A stretch of 64,000 nucleotides of DNA, from assembly GCA_009781895.1 (NCBI GenBank), contig WQUV01000002.1:38293-102292 (forward strand), in the 5' to 3' direction. Shown piece by piece: positions 8,379 through 17,664 of the stretch. The stretch is from Candidatus Saccharimonadota bacterium (GTDB taxonomy: Bacteria; Patescibacteriota; Saccharimonadia; Saccharimonadales; Saccharimonadaceae). The position numbers and the translations under genes were made by a program. The stretch's first letter is position 1. The number at the start of each line of letters is the position of its first letter. The notes beneath the pieces were generated by a model that was given only the letters and a program-made list of their open reading frames with translations, did not search any database and had not been told where the DNA came from.

Positions 8379-8632
8379 ATGGCAGGGCTAGAATATGCCG
8401 AACTGGAACCAAACCCTCCTAACACAATAAGCGCTGGCAATGGCAAGCCGAGTCGTTACACTGATGCGCAACTTATTGAAATGCTACAGAAGAAAGCCCT
8501 GGAGCTAGGGAAACCCCAACCATGGCTGAAATTAATGCTGACTCATCACTCCCGAGCACCGAAGTCTGGATGAGGCGGTGGGGGTCTTGGTCTGCAGCAT
8601 GTAAGGCTGCTGGGCTGAAGCCTAACAAGTAA
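8379..8632 (+). pseudogene. Homing-endonuclease-associated-repeat (HEAR)-like module with a frameshift
   Basis: Frame 1: ..SRYTDAQLIEMLQKKALELGKP, stopping at 8573. The other frame continues TMAEINADSSLPSTEVWMRRWGSWSAACKAAGLKPNK*. The join needs one extra nt near the C4 run at 8514-8517. Confidence 0.5.
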
Positions 8633-8645
8633 CTAATCGAAGAAC

Positions 8646-8670
8646 GCCAGCGAGCAATCGCTGGCTTTTT
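8646..8670. terminator. Hairpin plus T-tract between convergent genes
   Basis: GCCAGCG-AGCAAT-CGCTGGC-TTTTT. Confidence 0.6.
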
Positions 8671-8686
8671 CATTGTCTGAAACTTG

Positions 8687-9358
8687 CTATTCGGGTTTGG
8701 TGGAGGAGTTTTGTTCACGCCATTTGGCGATTTCGGCGTGGTGTCCGGAGAGGAGGATTTCGGGGACGCGGAGCTCTTCGCCGCTTGGAGTGGTGAAGAC
8801 TTCGGGGCGGGTGTATTGGGGATATTCGAGGTTGTCGCCGTCGGAAAAGCTCTCGATTTCGGCAGACTGCTCACCGCCGAGAACGCCAGGAAGGAGGCGA
8901 ACAATTGAGTCGATGATGGTCATGGCTGGGAGTTCACCGCCAGTCAGGACGTAATCACCTACGGAGACCTGCTGGTCGACGACGCTCATAATGCGTTCGT
9001 CGAAGCCTTCGTAGTGGCCACAGATTAGAATATAATTATCGCTAGAATCGGCAGATGCGCGAACAAGTGGCTGCGACCAAGTGGTGCCGCGAGGAGACAT
9101 CAGTAAGACTTTAGCGTCGCCAATGAGAGATTTCGCGTGCTCGACTGCGGCATAAAGCGGCTCGATCTTCAGCAGCATACCATCGCCACCGCCGTACACG
9201 GTGTCGTCGACTTGCTTGCGGGGGCCGATGCCGAACTCGCGGAGATCAACGATATGAAACTCGGCGGCGCCGATCTCCGAAGCCTTCCACATCATACTCT
9301 GCCCGAGGACCTTGTCGAACATCTCGGGGAAGAGGGTGATGACGGCGAACTTTTTCAT
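8687..9358 (-). CDS. trmD: tRNA (guanine37-N1)-methyltransferase
   Basis: ITLFPEMF..., DDTVYGGGDGMLL, HYEGFDERI. Confidence 0.9.
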   Translation of the reverse strand: MKKFAVITLFPEMFDKVLGQSMMWKASEIGAAEFHIVDLREFGIGPRKQVDDTVYGGGDGMLLKIEPLYAAVEHAKSLIGDAKVLLMSPRGTTWSQPLVRASADSSDNYILICGHYEGFDERIMSVVDQQVSVGDYVLTGGELPAMTIIDSIVRLLPGVLGGEQSAEIESFSDGDNLEYPQYTRPEVFTTPSGEELRVPEILLSGHHAEIAKWREQNSSTKPE

Positions 9359-9361
9359 GAT

Positions 9362-10804
9362 TTAAGCTTTCGCGAGAGCGTCCATAGTGGCTTTGAGGCG
9401 CGCAATAGATTCGTCCTTGCCGAGAACGGCGAAGGTGCGTGGCAGTTCTGGTGAGAATGGCGCAAACGACACGGCGATACGGAGGAGAGAGAAGAGTTCA
9501 GCGGGCTTGCGGGCAGTCTCGGTTAGGAGCTCGTTTAGAGCCTCCTGCAAGGCATCGGTGTTCCAGTCGATGGCCTCGAGCTTTAGGATGGCGACTTCGA
9601 GCAGATTGACCTGCTCGTCGCGGGTGAGCTTTGAGATGAATTTGTTCTCAGTAATCATTGCGAGGTCGATCTCAGGACGAGCAAAGAAATATTCGGTTAG
9701 AGCAGGGATGTCGCCGAGGGTTTTGAGACGCTCCTGGACGGCCTCGAGGACCTCCATGCGGCGCTCGTCGGTGGATTTCTTGCCATTCTCACCCCAAAAG
9801 TCTTTCGCGTAATCGAATAGCTTAGCGATATCAAGGCGACGTATCCATTGGCCGTTAAGCCAAAGTAGGCGCTTTTCGTCAAAGCGGGCTCCAGCGCGCT
9901 GGACGCGAGAGAGCTCGAACTTATCGACCATGTCGTCTAGGCTAAAAATATCTGTTGTCGTGCCATCGTTCCAGCCTAGCATGACGAGGAAGTTCAGCAT
10001 CGCCTCTGGCAAGAAGCCTTCATTGCGGTATTCCTGGACGGACTTCGCTCCATCGCGCTTGCCGAGCTTTTTATTGCCAGCTGGCGCCATGACGTGTGGC
10101 ATATGAACAAAGATCGGAGGCTTTAAACCGAAGGCGTCATAAAGCGCCAGATAATTACCCATCGAGCTCAAGTATTCGACGCCACGTGTAACGTGAGTGC
10201 ACTCCATCTCGGAGTCGTCGACAATGTGGGCGAAATTGTAGGTTGGGAGACCGTCAGCCTTAATCAGCACAAAGTCGTCGAGAGTCTCTGCGCCAGCCTC
10301 GAGGTCACCCATGATCTTGTCGTGGTAGTACTTGCGTTCGATCTTGGTCTGCTTGAAGCGAAGCGGCTTACCGCAGCCTGGTGCCCATTTGGGTGGGTTC
10401 TCGGGGCGATAATTACGATAGAGGAAGGCCTGCTTTTTAGCCTGGGCGTCGGCGCGAAGTTGATCAACTTCGGCGGGCGTGTAGGGGTCGGCATAGGCCA
10501 TGCCTTTCTTAATGAGCTTTTCGGCCCATTTAATATAATGGTCGCGACGCTCGGTCTGACGATACGGAGCGAATGGACCGCCGATATCAACACCCTCGTC
10601 CCAGCTGAGTCCGAGCCACTTAAGTGTGTCGAGTAGGACTTCTTCGGCATCGGCGACGAAGCGATTTTGGTCGGTGTCCTCAATACGGAGAACAAAAGTT
10701 CCCTTGTTTTGCTTTGCTAGCAAATAAGGGAAAAGAGCAGAGCGGATATTGCCAATATGGACGTAGCCAGTAGGGCTGGGAGCGAAACGAGTGCGTACTT
10801 TCAT
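9362..10804 (-). CDS. gltX: Glutamyl-tRNA synthetase
   Basis: RTRFAPSPTGYVHIGNIRSAL (HIGH), LRIEDTDQNR. The start is set at ATG 10804 because TATAAT lies exactly 6 nt upstream (10811-10816). Confidence 0.9.
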   Translation of the reverse strand: MKVRTRFAPSPTGYVHIGNIRSALFPYLLAKQNKGTFVLRIEDTDQNRFVADAEEVLLDTLKWLGLSWDEGVDIGGPFAPYRQTERRDHYIKWAEKLIKKGMAYADPYTPAEVDQLRADAQAKKQAFLYRNYRPENPPKWAPGCGKPLRFKQTKIERKYYHDKIMGDLEAGAETLDDFVLIKADGLPTYNFAHIVDDSEMECTHVTRGVEYLSSMGNYLALYDAFGLKPPIFVHMPHVMAPAGNKKLGKRDGAKSVQEYRNEGFLPEAMLNFLVMLGWNDGTTTDIFSLDDMVDKFELSRVQRAGARFDEKRLLWLNGQWIRRLDIAKLFDYAKDFWGENGKKSTDERRMEVLEAVQERLKTLGDIPALTEYFFARPEIDLAMITENKFISKLTRDEQVNLLEVAILKLEAIDWNTDALQEALNELLTETARKPAELFSLLRIAVSFAPFSPELPRTFAVLGKDESIARLKATMDALAKA

Positions 10805-10810
10805 GGGGTG

Positions 10811-10816
10811 ATTATA
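10811..10816 (-). promoter_or_regulatory. -10 element 6 nt upstream of the gltX ATG (leaderless)
   Basis: Minus strand TATAATcaccccATG. Confidence 0.55.
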
Positions 10817-10869
10817 CATCATTTTGAGTTTTTTCGCAAACGACGTTGTGCTGTTGGTGATGTTTGAGC

Positions 10870-10875
10870 TACAAT
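10870..10875 (+). promoter_or_regulatory. -10 element 6 nt upstream of ATG 10882 (leaderless)
   Basis: TACAATaatattATG. Confidence 0.5.
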
Positions 10876-10881
10876 AATATT

Positions 10882-11208
10882 ATGCTCGCCCGAGCGACTC
10901 AAAGAAAGGTGGCTGTGGACAAAACAAAACGACTCAAGATAATAATAGGCGCACTGGTGGTTATGCAAGTGGTTATGTTGATGTGGGCAGCAGGTCTTAC
11001 GGCTTGGGTGCGTACTGGATACGAAAACGAGAGGACTTTGTCGTCAGACGCACATCGAATGCGTGTACACTTGATAGAAGCAGGGATTTTAGACGTTGAT
11101 GGGCAGACATTAGTGGCGCGTTGTCCGTGGGAGCGATCAGAGGAGAACCCGGAAGCTATCTGCTCGCAGGAGTGGCGTGCAGTAATAGACCCAGACTACG
11201 AGGACTAG
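10882..11208 (+). CDS. Hypothetical single-TM protein, 108 aa
   Basis: ORF with TM IIIGALVVMQVVMLMWAAGLTAW. Confidence 0.5.
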   Translation: MLARATQRKVAVDKTKRLKIIIGALVVMQVVMLMWAAGLTAWVRTGYENERTLSSDAHRMRVHLIEAGILDVDGQTLVARCPWERSEENPEAICSQEWRAVIDPDYED

Positions 11209-11250
11209 CTTGGGTTGCGGAAGCTGTGGATATAAGGTATAATGATATTA

Positions 11251-11997
11251 ATGGAAGTTTTACTTGGGCTGATTTTGCTGTGTTCGATTTTGATCTTAAT
11301 AAGAGTCTGTACGGTTTCCCCCCTTATAATCTTGCGTCGCAGAGTCTTGGTTGATACATCAATCTTAATGGATGGGCGAGTCTTGGGTGTGGCGCGGACA
11401 GGCTTAGTCGGTGATTATTTGCTAGTAATGGACAGTACGCTGAAAGAAATGCAGCTTTTGGCTGACGGCAGCGACAGCGAGAAGCGAACCAGGGCGCGAG
11501 CAGGAATGGCGACACTAGAAAAGCTAAAAGAGATTCCTGACCTCAAGCTTCGAATTATCTCAGCACCAGCAAATATAAAGAAAGTTGATGATGCGCTACT
11601 AGTAGTGGCAAAGAGGCGACGAGCGATGATTATGACCAACGATTTCAACCTCGGTCAGGTGGCGCATGCAGAAGGAATCAAGACAATCAATATGAATGAC
11701 TTAGGGCAGAACCTACGAGTCGAGCATCTACCAGGCGAGAAAGTGACCTTAAGTCTATCACAAAAAGGAAGCGGGGCGCGGCAGGCGGTCGGCTACCTGG
11801 ACGACGGGACAATGGTCGTGGTTGATGACGCCGAGGACTATGTCGGCGAACGAGTGGAGGTTGAAGTGACAAGATTCTTCCAAACGCAGGCGGGGCGAAT
11901 GATGTTTGCGAAACTGATCGGCAAGTCAAATGGCGCTACAAATGGCAATGGAGGAAAGAATGGCAACGGAAACGGGCGTAGCAAGCGAAGTTCATGA
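11251..11997 (+). CDS. PIN-TRAM (YacL-like) membrane-anchored protein
   Basis: N-terminal TM. PIN VLVDTSILMDGR...TNDFNL. TRAM GERVEVEVTRFFQTQAGRMMFAK. TATAAT 11238-11243 lies 7 nt before ATG 11251; ATG 11242 is also possible. Confidence 0.7.
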   Translation: MEVLLGLILLCSILILIRVCTVSPLIILRRRVLVDTSILMDGRVLGVARTGLVGDYLLVMDSTLKEMQLLADGSDSEKRTRARAGMATLEKLKEIPDLKLRIISAPANIKKVDDALLVVAKRRRAMIMTNDFNLGQVAHAEGIKTINMNDLGQNLRVEHLPGEKVTLSLSQKGSGARQAVGYLDDGTMVVVDDAEDYVGERVEVEVTRFFQTQAGRMMFAKLIGKSNGATNGNGGKNGNGNGRSKRSS

Positions 11998-12817
11998 TGT
12001 GATTATCATCGGTGCAGGGCCGGCGGGGCTGTCAGCAGCGCTATCGTTGGCGCGCGAACATTTCTCGGTGCTAGTATTAGAGAGGGAAGCGATCGGCGGA
12101 AACCTACTAAAGATTGCCGACCTTGAGAACTATGCAGGATTCAAAGGATCGGGAGCGGAGCTGTCGCGAACAATGAAGGAGCAGGCGCGGAAATCTGGTG
12201 CGGTGATTGACTATGGAGACGTCTTAGATGTGTCTCGGGCGACAAGTTCCGAGCCAGGAACAGCCCTGACTACCTCAGAAATTATCGTCCGAGACACCGA
12301 TAATACATACTGGGCTAAAGCAGCTATAATCGCGAACGGTATGAAAGCGAGAGATCTGGAGATTAAGGGGTTGAAGGCGCCTGTGTTTACTTGCGCAACT
12401 TGTGATGGGCCACTCTACAAGGACAAGAAACTAGCGGTAATTGGTGGTGGCGACAGCGCCTTTCAGACAGCGATATTTCTGGCGAGCTTCGCCGAACACG
12501 TATCTATCGTGTCGAGGTCGGCTCCGCGAGCTAGCGAAGTCTTACGGAAGCGCGTGTCGCAGAGCTCGAATGTCACCGTACTAGATGAGACAATGCCAAC
12601 AGCCGAACTGCTAGACAGAGAGCTAGGGGTAGTAGCAGTATTTGCAGAGATCGGTAGCGATCGAAATGAGCTACCCAAGATTGCGCCAGAGCTCATGGAA
12701 GCGCCGAATGTGCTGTTCGCTGGCGATTGCCGACCAGGAGCTAGGCGACAAGTAGTGTCGGCAGCAGCGGATGGAGCTGAAGTAGCAGAGAAGATCCGCG
12801 TTTTCTTGACCAGCTGA
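11960..12817 (+). CDS. trxB: Thioredoxin-disulfide reductase
   Basis: DVIIIGAGPAG, redox CATCDG, second GGGDSA dinucleotide motif. The start is ambiguous (11930-11999). Overlaps the preceding gene. Confidence 0.8.
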   Translation: MATETGVASEVHDVIIIGAGPAGLSAALSLAREHFSVLVLEREAIGGNLLKIADLENYAGFKGSGAELSRTMKEQARKSGAVIDYGDVLDVSRATSSEPGTALTTSEIIVRDTDNTYWAKAAIIANGMKARDLEIKGLKAPVFTCATCDGPLYKDKKLAVIGGGDSAFQTAIFLASFAEHVSIVSRSAPRASEVLRKRVSQSSNVTVLDETMPTAELLDRELGVVAVFAEIGSDRNELPKIAPELMEAPNVLFAGDCRPGARRQVVSAAADGAEVAEKIRVFLTS

Positions 12818-12856
12818 TAGCCTAGCTAAATCCTTGATAAACGTTATCGCCTTTGG

Positions 12857-12862
12857 TATGAT
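12857..12862 (+). promoter_or_regulatory. -10 element (TGGTATGAT) 6 nt upstream of ATG 12869, with TTGATA at the -35 position
   Basis: TTGATA-17-TATGATattagtATG. Confidence 0.55.
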
Positions 12863-12868
12863 ATTAGT

Positions 12869-13933
12869 ATGAAGAAGTTCTTACGGAGGTTGACACGTAA
12901 ACAAAAACAGATTCTGCTAGCGGTGGGTGCGGTTGTGTTAGTAGCAGGGTCTGTTGTCGGCGGCATGCTGGCAGCGCGACAAATTACGCATGATCCAGAG
13001 CCAGAGACCGAACAGCAAGAGGAAGAAGAAAAACCAGCCGAACACGGATACTTTGCGCCACTAACTGGCCTAGAGCTAGATGCGCCATTCCCCGCAGACT
13101 CGCCAGTAATGTCGGTAATTATCCCGAATAGCACAGTATTCCGCACCCAGTCGGGCTTAGTGCAGGCAGAGATCGTCTACGAAGCGATCGCTAACTCTGG
13201 GGTGCCACGGCTCTTGGCGCTATTTCAGGTGAATCAGCCTACGGTAATCGGTCCAGTGCGCAGCATGCGACCACACTACATCGACTGGGCAGCACCCTAT
13301 CAGGCAGCGCTCGGCAACTCGGGGGCAGCGGGCTATGTGCTGAACTTGATGGCAAGCCACCGCAACATTGGAGACGGAGTCGCGCAGAGCGGGACTTACT
13401 ACCGCGAAGACCGCCAAGGTCGCCCTGCTGAATACACCCTATATACGAGCTTCGCACGGCTGCTTGCCGCAAGTCAAGCGCGAGGCTGGACAACATCGAA
13501 CTTCACAGCGTGGTCGAGAAGTGACGAACCAACTCCTGGGCAGAACCTAAATGCGAATCGCATTGAGTTCTCGCTGGGAGCAGCAATCAATAACGTAGCC
13601 TATGAGTGGCACGCAGAGAGTGGCACTTGGCGACGACAGGTGGGTGGACGCCCGCATATGGACCGAGAGCATGGACAGATCGCGCCGAGCGTAGTGATAG
13701 CGATGAGAGTACAGTCGACGAGGGTTAGCGCAGACATAGAGGAGATCACGACAACTGGTTCAGGTGACGTATTCGTATTCCAGAACGGGCAGGTGGTACC
13801 AGGGAGATGGAGAAAAGACAGCCAAACGGCGCCGCTCCGCTTCTACGACATGAGAGGCGACGAAATAGTGCTGGCGCGCGGGCAAACATGGATTACTGCG
13901 GTGCCAAATAACAACCCAATAAACTTTAGGTAA
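12869..13933 (+). CDS. DUF3048 (YerB-like) secreted/membrane-anchored protein
   Basis: N-terminal TM. APLTGLELD..., VMSVIIPN, IGPVRSMRPHYIDWA match my memory of DUF3048. Confidence 0.55.
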   Translation: MKKFLRRLTRKQKQILLAVGAVVLVAGSVVGGMLAARQITHDPEPETEQQEEEEKPAEHGYFAPLTGLELDAPFPADSPVMSVIIPNSTVFRTQSGLVQAEIVYEAIANSGVPRLLALFQVNQPTVIGPVRSMRPHYIDWAAPYQAALGNSGAAGYVLNLMASHRNIGDGVAQSGTYYREDRQGRPAEYTLYTSFARLLAASQARGWTTSNFTAWSRSDEPTPGQNLNANRIEFSLGAAINNVAYEWHAESGTWRRQVGGRPHMDREHGQIAPSVVIAMRVQSTRVSADIEEITTTGSGDVFVFQNGQVVPGRWRKDSQTAPLRFYDMRGDEIVLARGQTWITAVPNNNPINFR

Positions 13934-13944
13934 AGGAGAGCTTA

Positions 13945-14634
13945 ATGAACCCAGATGACCCGAACAATACAGGAGAAAGCAGCTACTCACCCCTGGGCTC
14001 GACAGGTGATGCGGCGAGCGGCGGGTACGCATACGGGAGTGCGGACGTCGTAAATAACGCGGACTATCTGAGCGACATCTCGGTAGCAGCACCACCAAAG
14101 CAAAGTGTCTGGCCGAAACGGATTGCGATTGCGCTAGGAGCAGTAGCAGCCCTGGTAGCTGTGATATGGATAGTAATGAATGCCGCTAGCGACCCCAGGC
14201 CTGGGATCGCGACGGATGCACAACTGGCTTACGCGCGAGCCGAGACGCTGATGACCTTATCAGTGAACCACCGCAATGCCTTTAATAGCACAGAGCTCCG
14301 AGCAGTAGCAACCGAACTAGAGATGATCCTAGGCAGCTTCCGAAGTAACTTGACGGTGATCATGACAGCGAACGGTGTGAGTAGGCCGCGTGCACCAGCG
14401 GCCGAAGAAGCCTTTTTGGAGGAGTCTACTCAAACACTACAGGATGCGCGCATCCTAATGACACTAGAGCGCACATGGGTTACCATCATGACATACGAAC
14501 TAGAGATGCTACGAGCGCGCTTGATGCAAATAGAGGGTAGCCTAGTGATTATTGACCACCGACAGTTTATGGAGGGGGCGAACCATGAAATTGAAGGCGT
14601 ACGCACACGTATCGGCAATGTACCCATAAACTAG
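13945..14634 (+). CDS. Hypothetical single-TM protein, 229 aa
   Basis: SD AAAGGAGAG. TM IAIALGAVAALVAVIWIVM. Confidence 0.55.
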   Translation: MNPDDPNNTGESSYSPLGSTGDAASGGYAYGSADVVNNADYLSDISVAAPPKQSVWPKRIAIALGAVAALVAVIWIVMNAASDPRPGIATDAQLAYARAETLMTLSVNHRNAFNSTELRAVATELEMILGSFRSNLTVIMTANGVSRPRAPAAEEAFLEESTQTLQDARILMTLERTWVTIMTYELEMLRARLMQIEGSLVIIDHRQFMEGANHEIEGVRTRIGNVPIN

Positions 14635-14697
14635 CTGGTCCTAACTAGCTCTAGGCCCTAGGAGAGGGGGCTTGTATGTTTGTGCTATACTAGAGGT

Positions 14698-16476
14698 GTG
14701 AATAATGCGGTAAAAGAGGAGATAAAGGCGCGACTACCCGTTGAGGACGTGATTAGTCGATATCTTGAGCTAAAGCGAGCGGGTCGTAACCTTAAGGCGC
14801 TTTCACCTTTTACCAACGAACGAACACCGAGCTTTATGGTGAGCCCAGAGCGCAACGTATGGCATGACTACTCCAGCGGCAAAGGAGGTGATATCTTCTC
14901 TTTTGTGATGGAAGTCGAAGGCGTAGGATTCATTGACGCGATGAAGATGTGCGCTGGCTGGGCAGGAGTCAATCTTGATCTATATGAAAGCAAGAGCGAC
15001 CGAGAGCTAGCTGGCAAAACCAAGCGGCTAAAAGAAGTACTAGAACTTTCAGCGAAGTATTACCAGCATGCGCTAACACAGAACCCACCAGTAATTGACT
15101 ATGCATTCTACAAGCGCAATTTAAATAAAGATAGTGTGAAGAACTTTCGAATTGGCTATGCGCCAGCAACTGGTGACGCTCTGATTAAGTTTTTAGCGAG
15201 TCGCGGCGTGTCTGAGCAAGAGCTGAGCGACGCGGGGTTGCTGAACCGACGGCGGACAGATATCTTTCGTGAGCGGCTAGTGATTCCATTGTCGGACCAG
15301 AATGGCAACGTGATGGGGTTTGTCGGACGAATCATTGACGACAAGCTTAAAGACACGCCGAAATACCTGAACTCGCCCGAAACTTTACTGTACAACAAAA
15401 GCCGACATATATTTGGACTACATCAGGCGAAAAGAGCAATTATAGCTAGTGGTTACGCGATTTTGGTTGAGGGCAATATGGATGTAGTCTCGAGCCATCA
15501 GGCAGGCGTGCCAGAAGCAGTGGCAACAGCGGGGACAGCAATGACAGCAGAGCACCTAAAGGCGCTGGCACGATTTAGTAAGGATATCCGGATTGCTTAT
15601 GATGGTGATGCGGCAGGGCTAAAGGCGACGGAGCGGGCGATTATTTTAGCGAGCGGGATTGGCGTACACTTGCGCGTGATTGCTGATTACGGCGCCAAAG
15701 ACCCCGACGATTTAATCCAGCAAGACCCAAAGCTCTGGCAAGAAGCGGTACTAAAGCCGCAACCAGCAATGGAATGGCTGATGGGCGAGTATGCGAAACG
15801 CTTTGATGTCGAGAGTGGGGCGGGGAAGCGTGAGTATGCGGACGCAATGCTGCAGATTATCAACAGCGTGCCAGACGAAGTAGAGCGAGAAACTTATAGG
15901 CAGAGCCTAGCAGAGAGACTGAAAGTAGACGAAAAGATGCTAGCGAAGAAGGCGCAGGCGCTGATAAAGCCCGTGCGGCGCAAAATAATACAGGTGAAGA
16001 AAACACAAGTCAGCGCCCCGCAAGCTATTGAGGAGTTCTTGTCGCTGTACGCATGGATAGCCTCGGAGACTATAGATACCGACTCTAAGACTGGAGCGAC
16101 TTTGGTCGCCTCAGATCTTCCGTTGATGGCTCACGATATTGGCGACGCCCTAGCAAGCCACGACATAAAATTGGTGAATCACATAAAGTCTGGTAAAACG
16201 CTTGACGTTAAAGACGATGTGCTGTATACTAGGTTCAGCGAGCTGGTTCTGCGCGCAGAAAGTCGTTATGATGGCTGGAGCATAGATAGACTCCATCAAG
16301 AAATGCGGATGCTGACCAGTAAAGTACAAGTAGAAATGTTAAGCACTCGACGCGCCGAGATAATGGAAGCGATAGAGATAGCAGAAACAGAAGAGGACGA
16401 AGAGACGCTAGAGCTTCTGCTAGTAGAGCAGCTAGCAATAGACCGTCAAATCGTCGAAATAAAAGCAACGAAATAA
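14698..16476 (+). CDS. dnaG: DNA primase with a zinc-ligand-less N-terminal domain
   Basis: TPSFMVSPE, GGDIFSFVM, TOPRIM ILVEGNMDVVS...AYDGDAAG. GTG 14698 lies 6 nt after TGCTATACT; TTG 14680 is also possible. Confidence 0.85.
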   Translation: MNNAVKEEIKARLPVEDVISRYLELKRAGRNLKALSPFTNERTPSFMVSPERNVWHDYSSGKGGDIFSFVMEVEGVGFIDAMKMCAGWAGVNLDLYESKSDRELAGKTKRLKEVLELSAKYYQHALTQNPPVIDYAFYKRNLNKDSVKNFRIGYAPATGDALIKFLASRGVSEQELSDAGLLNRRRTDIFRERLVIPLSDQNGNVMGFVGRIIDDKLKDTPKYLNSPETLLYNKSRHIFGLHQAKRAIIASGYAILVEGNMDVVSSHQAGVPEAVATAGTAMTAEHLKALARFSKDIRIAYDGDAAGLKATERAIILASGIGVHLRVIADYGAKDPDDLIQQDPKLWQEAVLKPQPAMEWLMGEYAKRFDVESGAGKREYADAMLQIINSVPDEVERETYRQSLAERLKVDEKMLAKKAQALIKPVRRKIIQVKKTQVSAPQAIEEFLSLYAWIASETIDTDSKTGATLVASDLPLMAHDIGDALASHDIKLVNHIKSGKTLDVKDDVLYTRFSELVLRAESRYDGWSIDRLHQEMRMLTSKVQVEMLSTRRAEIMEAIEIAETEEDEETLELLLVEQLAIDRQIVEIKATK

Positions 16477-16488
16477 AGAAAAGGTGAA

Positions 16489-17664
16489 ATGGAAGAAGAG
16501 CAAAACCTGAACCTAAGCGACCTAGCTGATGTCGAAGAATTAGATCAGGCGGAAATCGAGGCAGACCTCGAGACTGTAGCAGAAGATGTCGAAGGCTTCG
16601 CTGATGATTCGATTAAGATTTATCTGAAAGAGATCGGCAGCACGCCACTCCTGTCACTGGACGAAGAAGAGAAGCTTTCAGCAAAGATCCTCGCAAACCG
16701 ACCGCGACTGATTGAACTAGAGAAAAAACGCTCAGAGTTTGAGTCGCTGCAGACGAAGATTTCTCGTTCGGAGATGGCGCTAGCCGAATGGAAGCGTCGC
16801 CCAGAGGGTTCGAAAGGGCGAGCGGAAGGCGTCTCGCGCAACACGAAGCGACTCGAAGAGCTAAAAGCAGACGTCAAACAGAAGAGACTAACTATCCGCG
16901 AGGAGAACGAAATTAAACGACTAGCCGCTCCGAGCGACCATATGGTGACGGCGAACATGCGACTAGTGGTATCGATAGCGAAACGATACCTGAATCGTGG
17001 CCTAGACTTCCAAGACCTGATTCAGGAGGGCGGAATCGGTTTGATGCGAGCGGTGAACAAGTTTGATCCGACAAGAGGCTTTCGCTTCTCGACGTATGCA
17101 ACATGGTGGGTGCGACAAAGCATCACTCGGGCGATTGCCGACCAGTCGCGAACAGTGCGCGTACCAGTGCATATGGTTGATACAATCAACCGCTTGGCAC
17201 GAGCAACCAAGAAACTCTCGGCAAAACTAAATCGCGAACCGACCCTAGAAGAACTGTCAGATGAGCTAGATATGGAAAAAGGAAAGATCGAGCAGATCCT
17301 AAAAATTCGTCAAGAATCGACCTCGCTTGACGCAACGATCTCGCGCGGATCAGGTAGTGGCGATGAGGACTCGGTACTAGCTGACTTCATCGAAGATACA
17401 ACCCAGCTAACACCCGAAGAGTCAACTGATAAAACCTTGATGCTACAACAGATCGCAAAGGCACTCGACGTATTGTCTGATCGTGAGCGTAAGATTATCC
17501 AGATGCGCTACGGTATCGGCGGCGAAAAGGTGCATACCCTAGAAGAGGTCGGTGCTGAGTTCTCGGTGACGCGTGAACGTATCCGCCAGATTGAGGCAAA
17601 AGCTTTGATTCGTCTTCGCAAACACAAAGACAGTGTGGGGCTGGCTAACTTCATCTCGAACTAA
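16489..17664 (+). CDS. rpoD: Primary RNA polymerase sigma factor
   Basis: Region 1.2 IKIYLKEIG, region 2 [13 protein letters not shown]...[18 protein letters not shown]...[10 protein letters not shown], region 4 [21 protein letters not shown]. Confidence 0.92.
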   Translation: MEEEQNLNLSDLADVEELDQAEIEADLETVAEDVEGFADDSIKIYLKEIGSTPLLSLDEEEKLSAKILANRPRLIELEKKRSEFESLQTKISRSEMALAEWKRRPEGSKGRAEGVSRNTKRLEELKADVKQKRLTIREENEIKRLAAPSDHMVTANMRLVVSIAKRYLNRGLDFQDLIQEGGIGLMRAVNKFDPTRGFRFSTYATWWVRQSITRAIADQSRTVRVPVHMVDTINRLARATKKLSAKLNREPTLEELSDELDMEKGKIEQILKIRQESTSLDATISRGSGSGDEDSVLADFIEDTTQLTPEESTDKTLMLQQIAKALDVLSDRERKIIQMRYGIGGEKVHTLEEVGAEFSVTRERIRQIEAKALIRLRKHKDSVGLANFISN

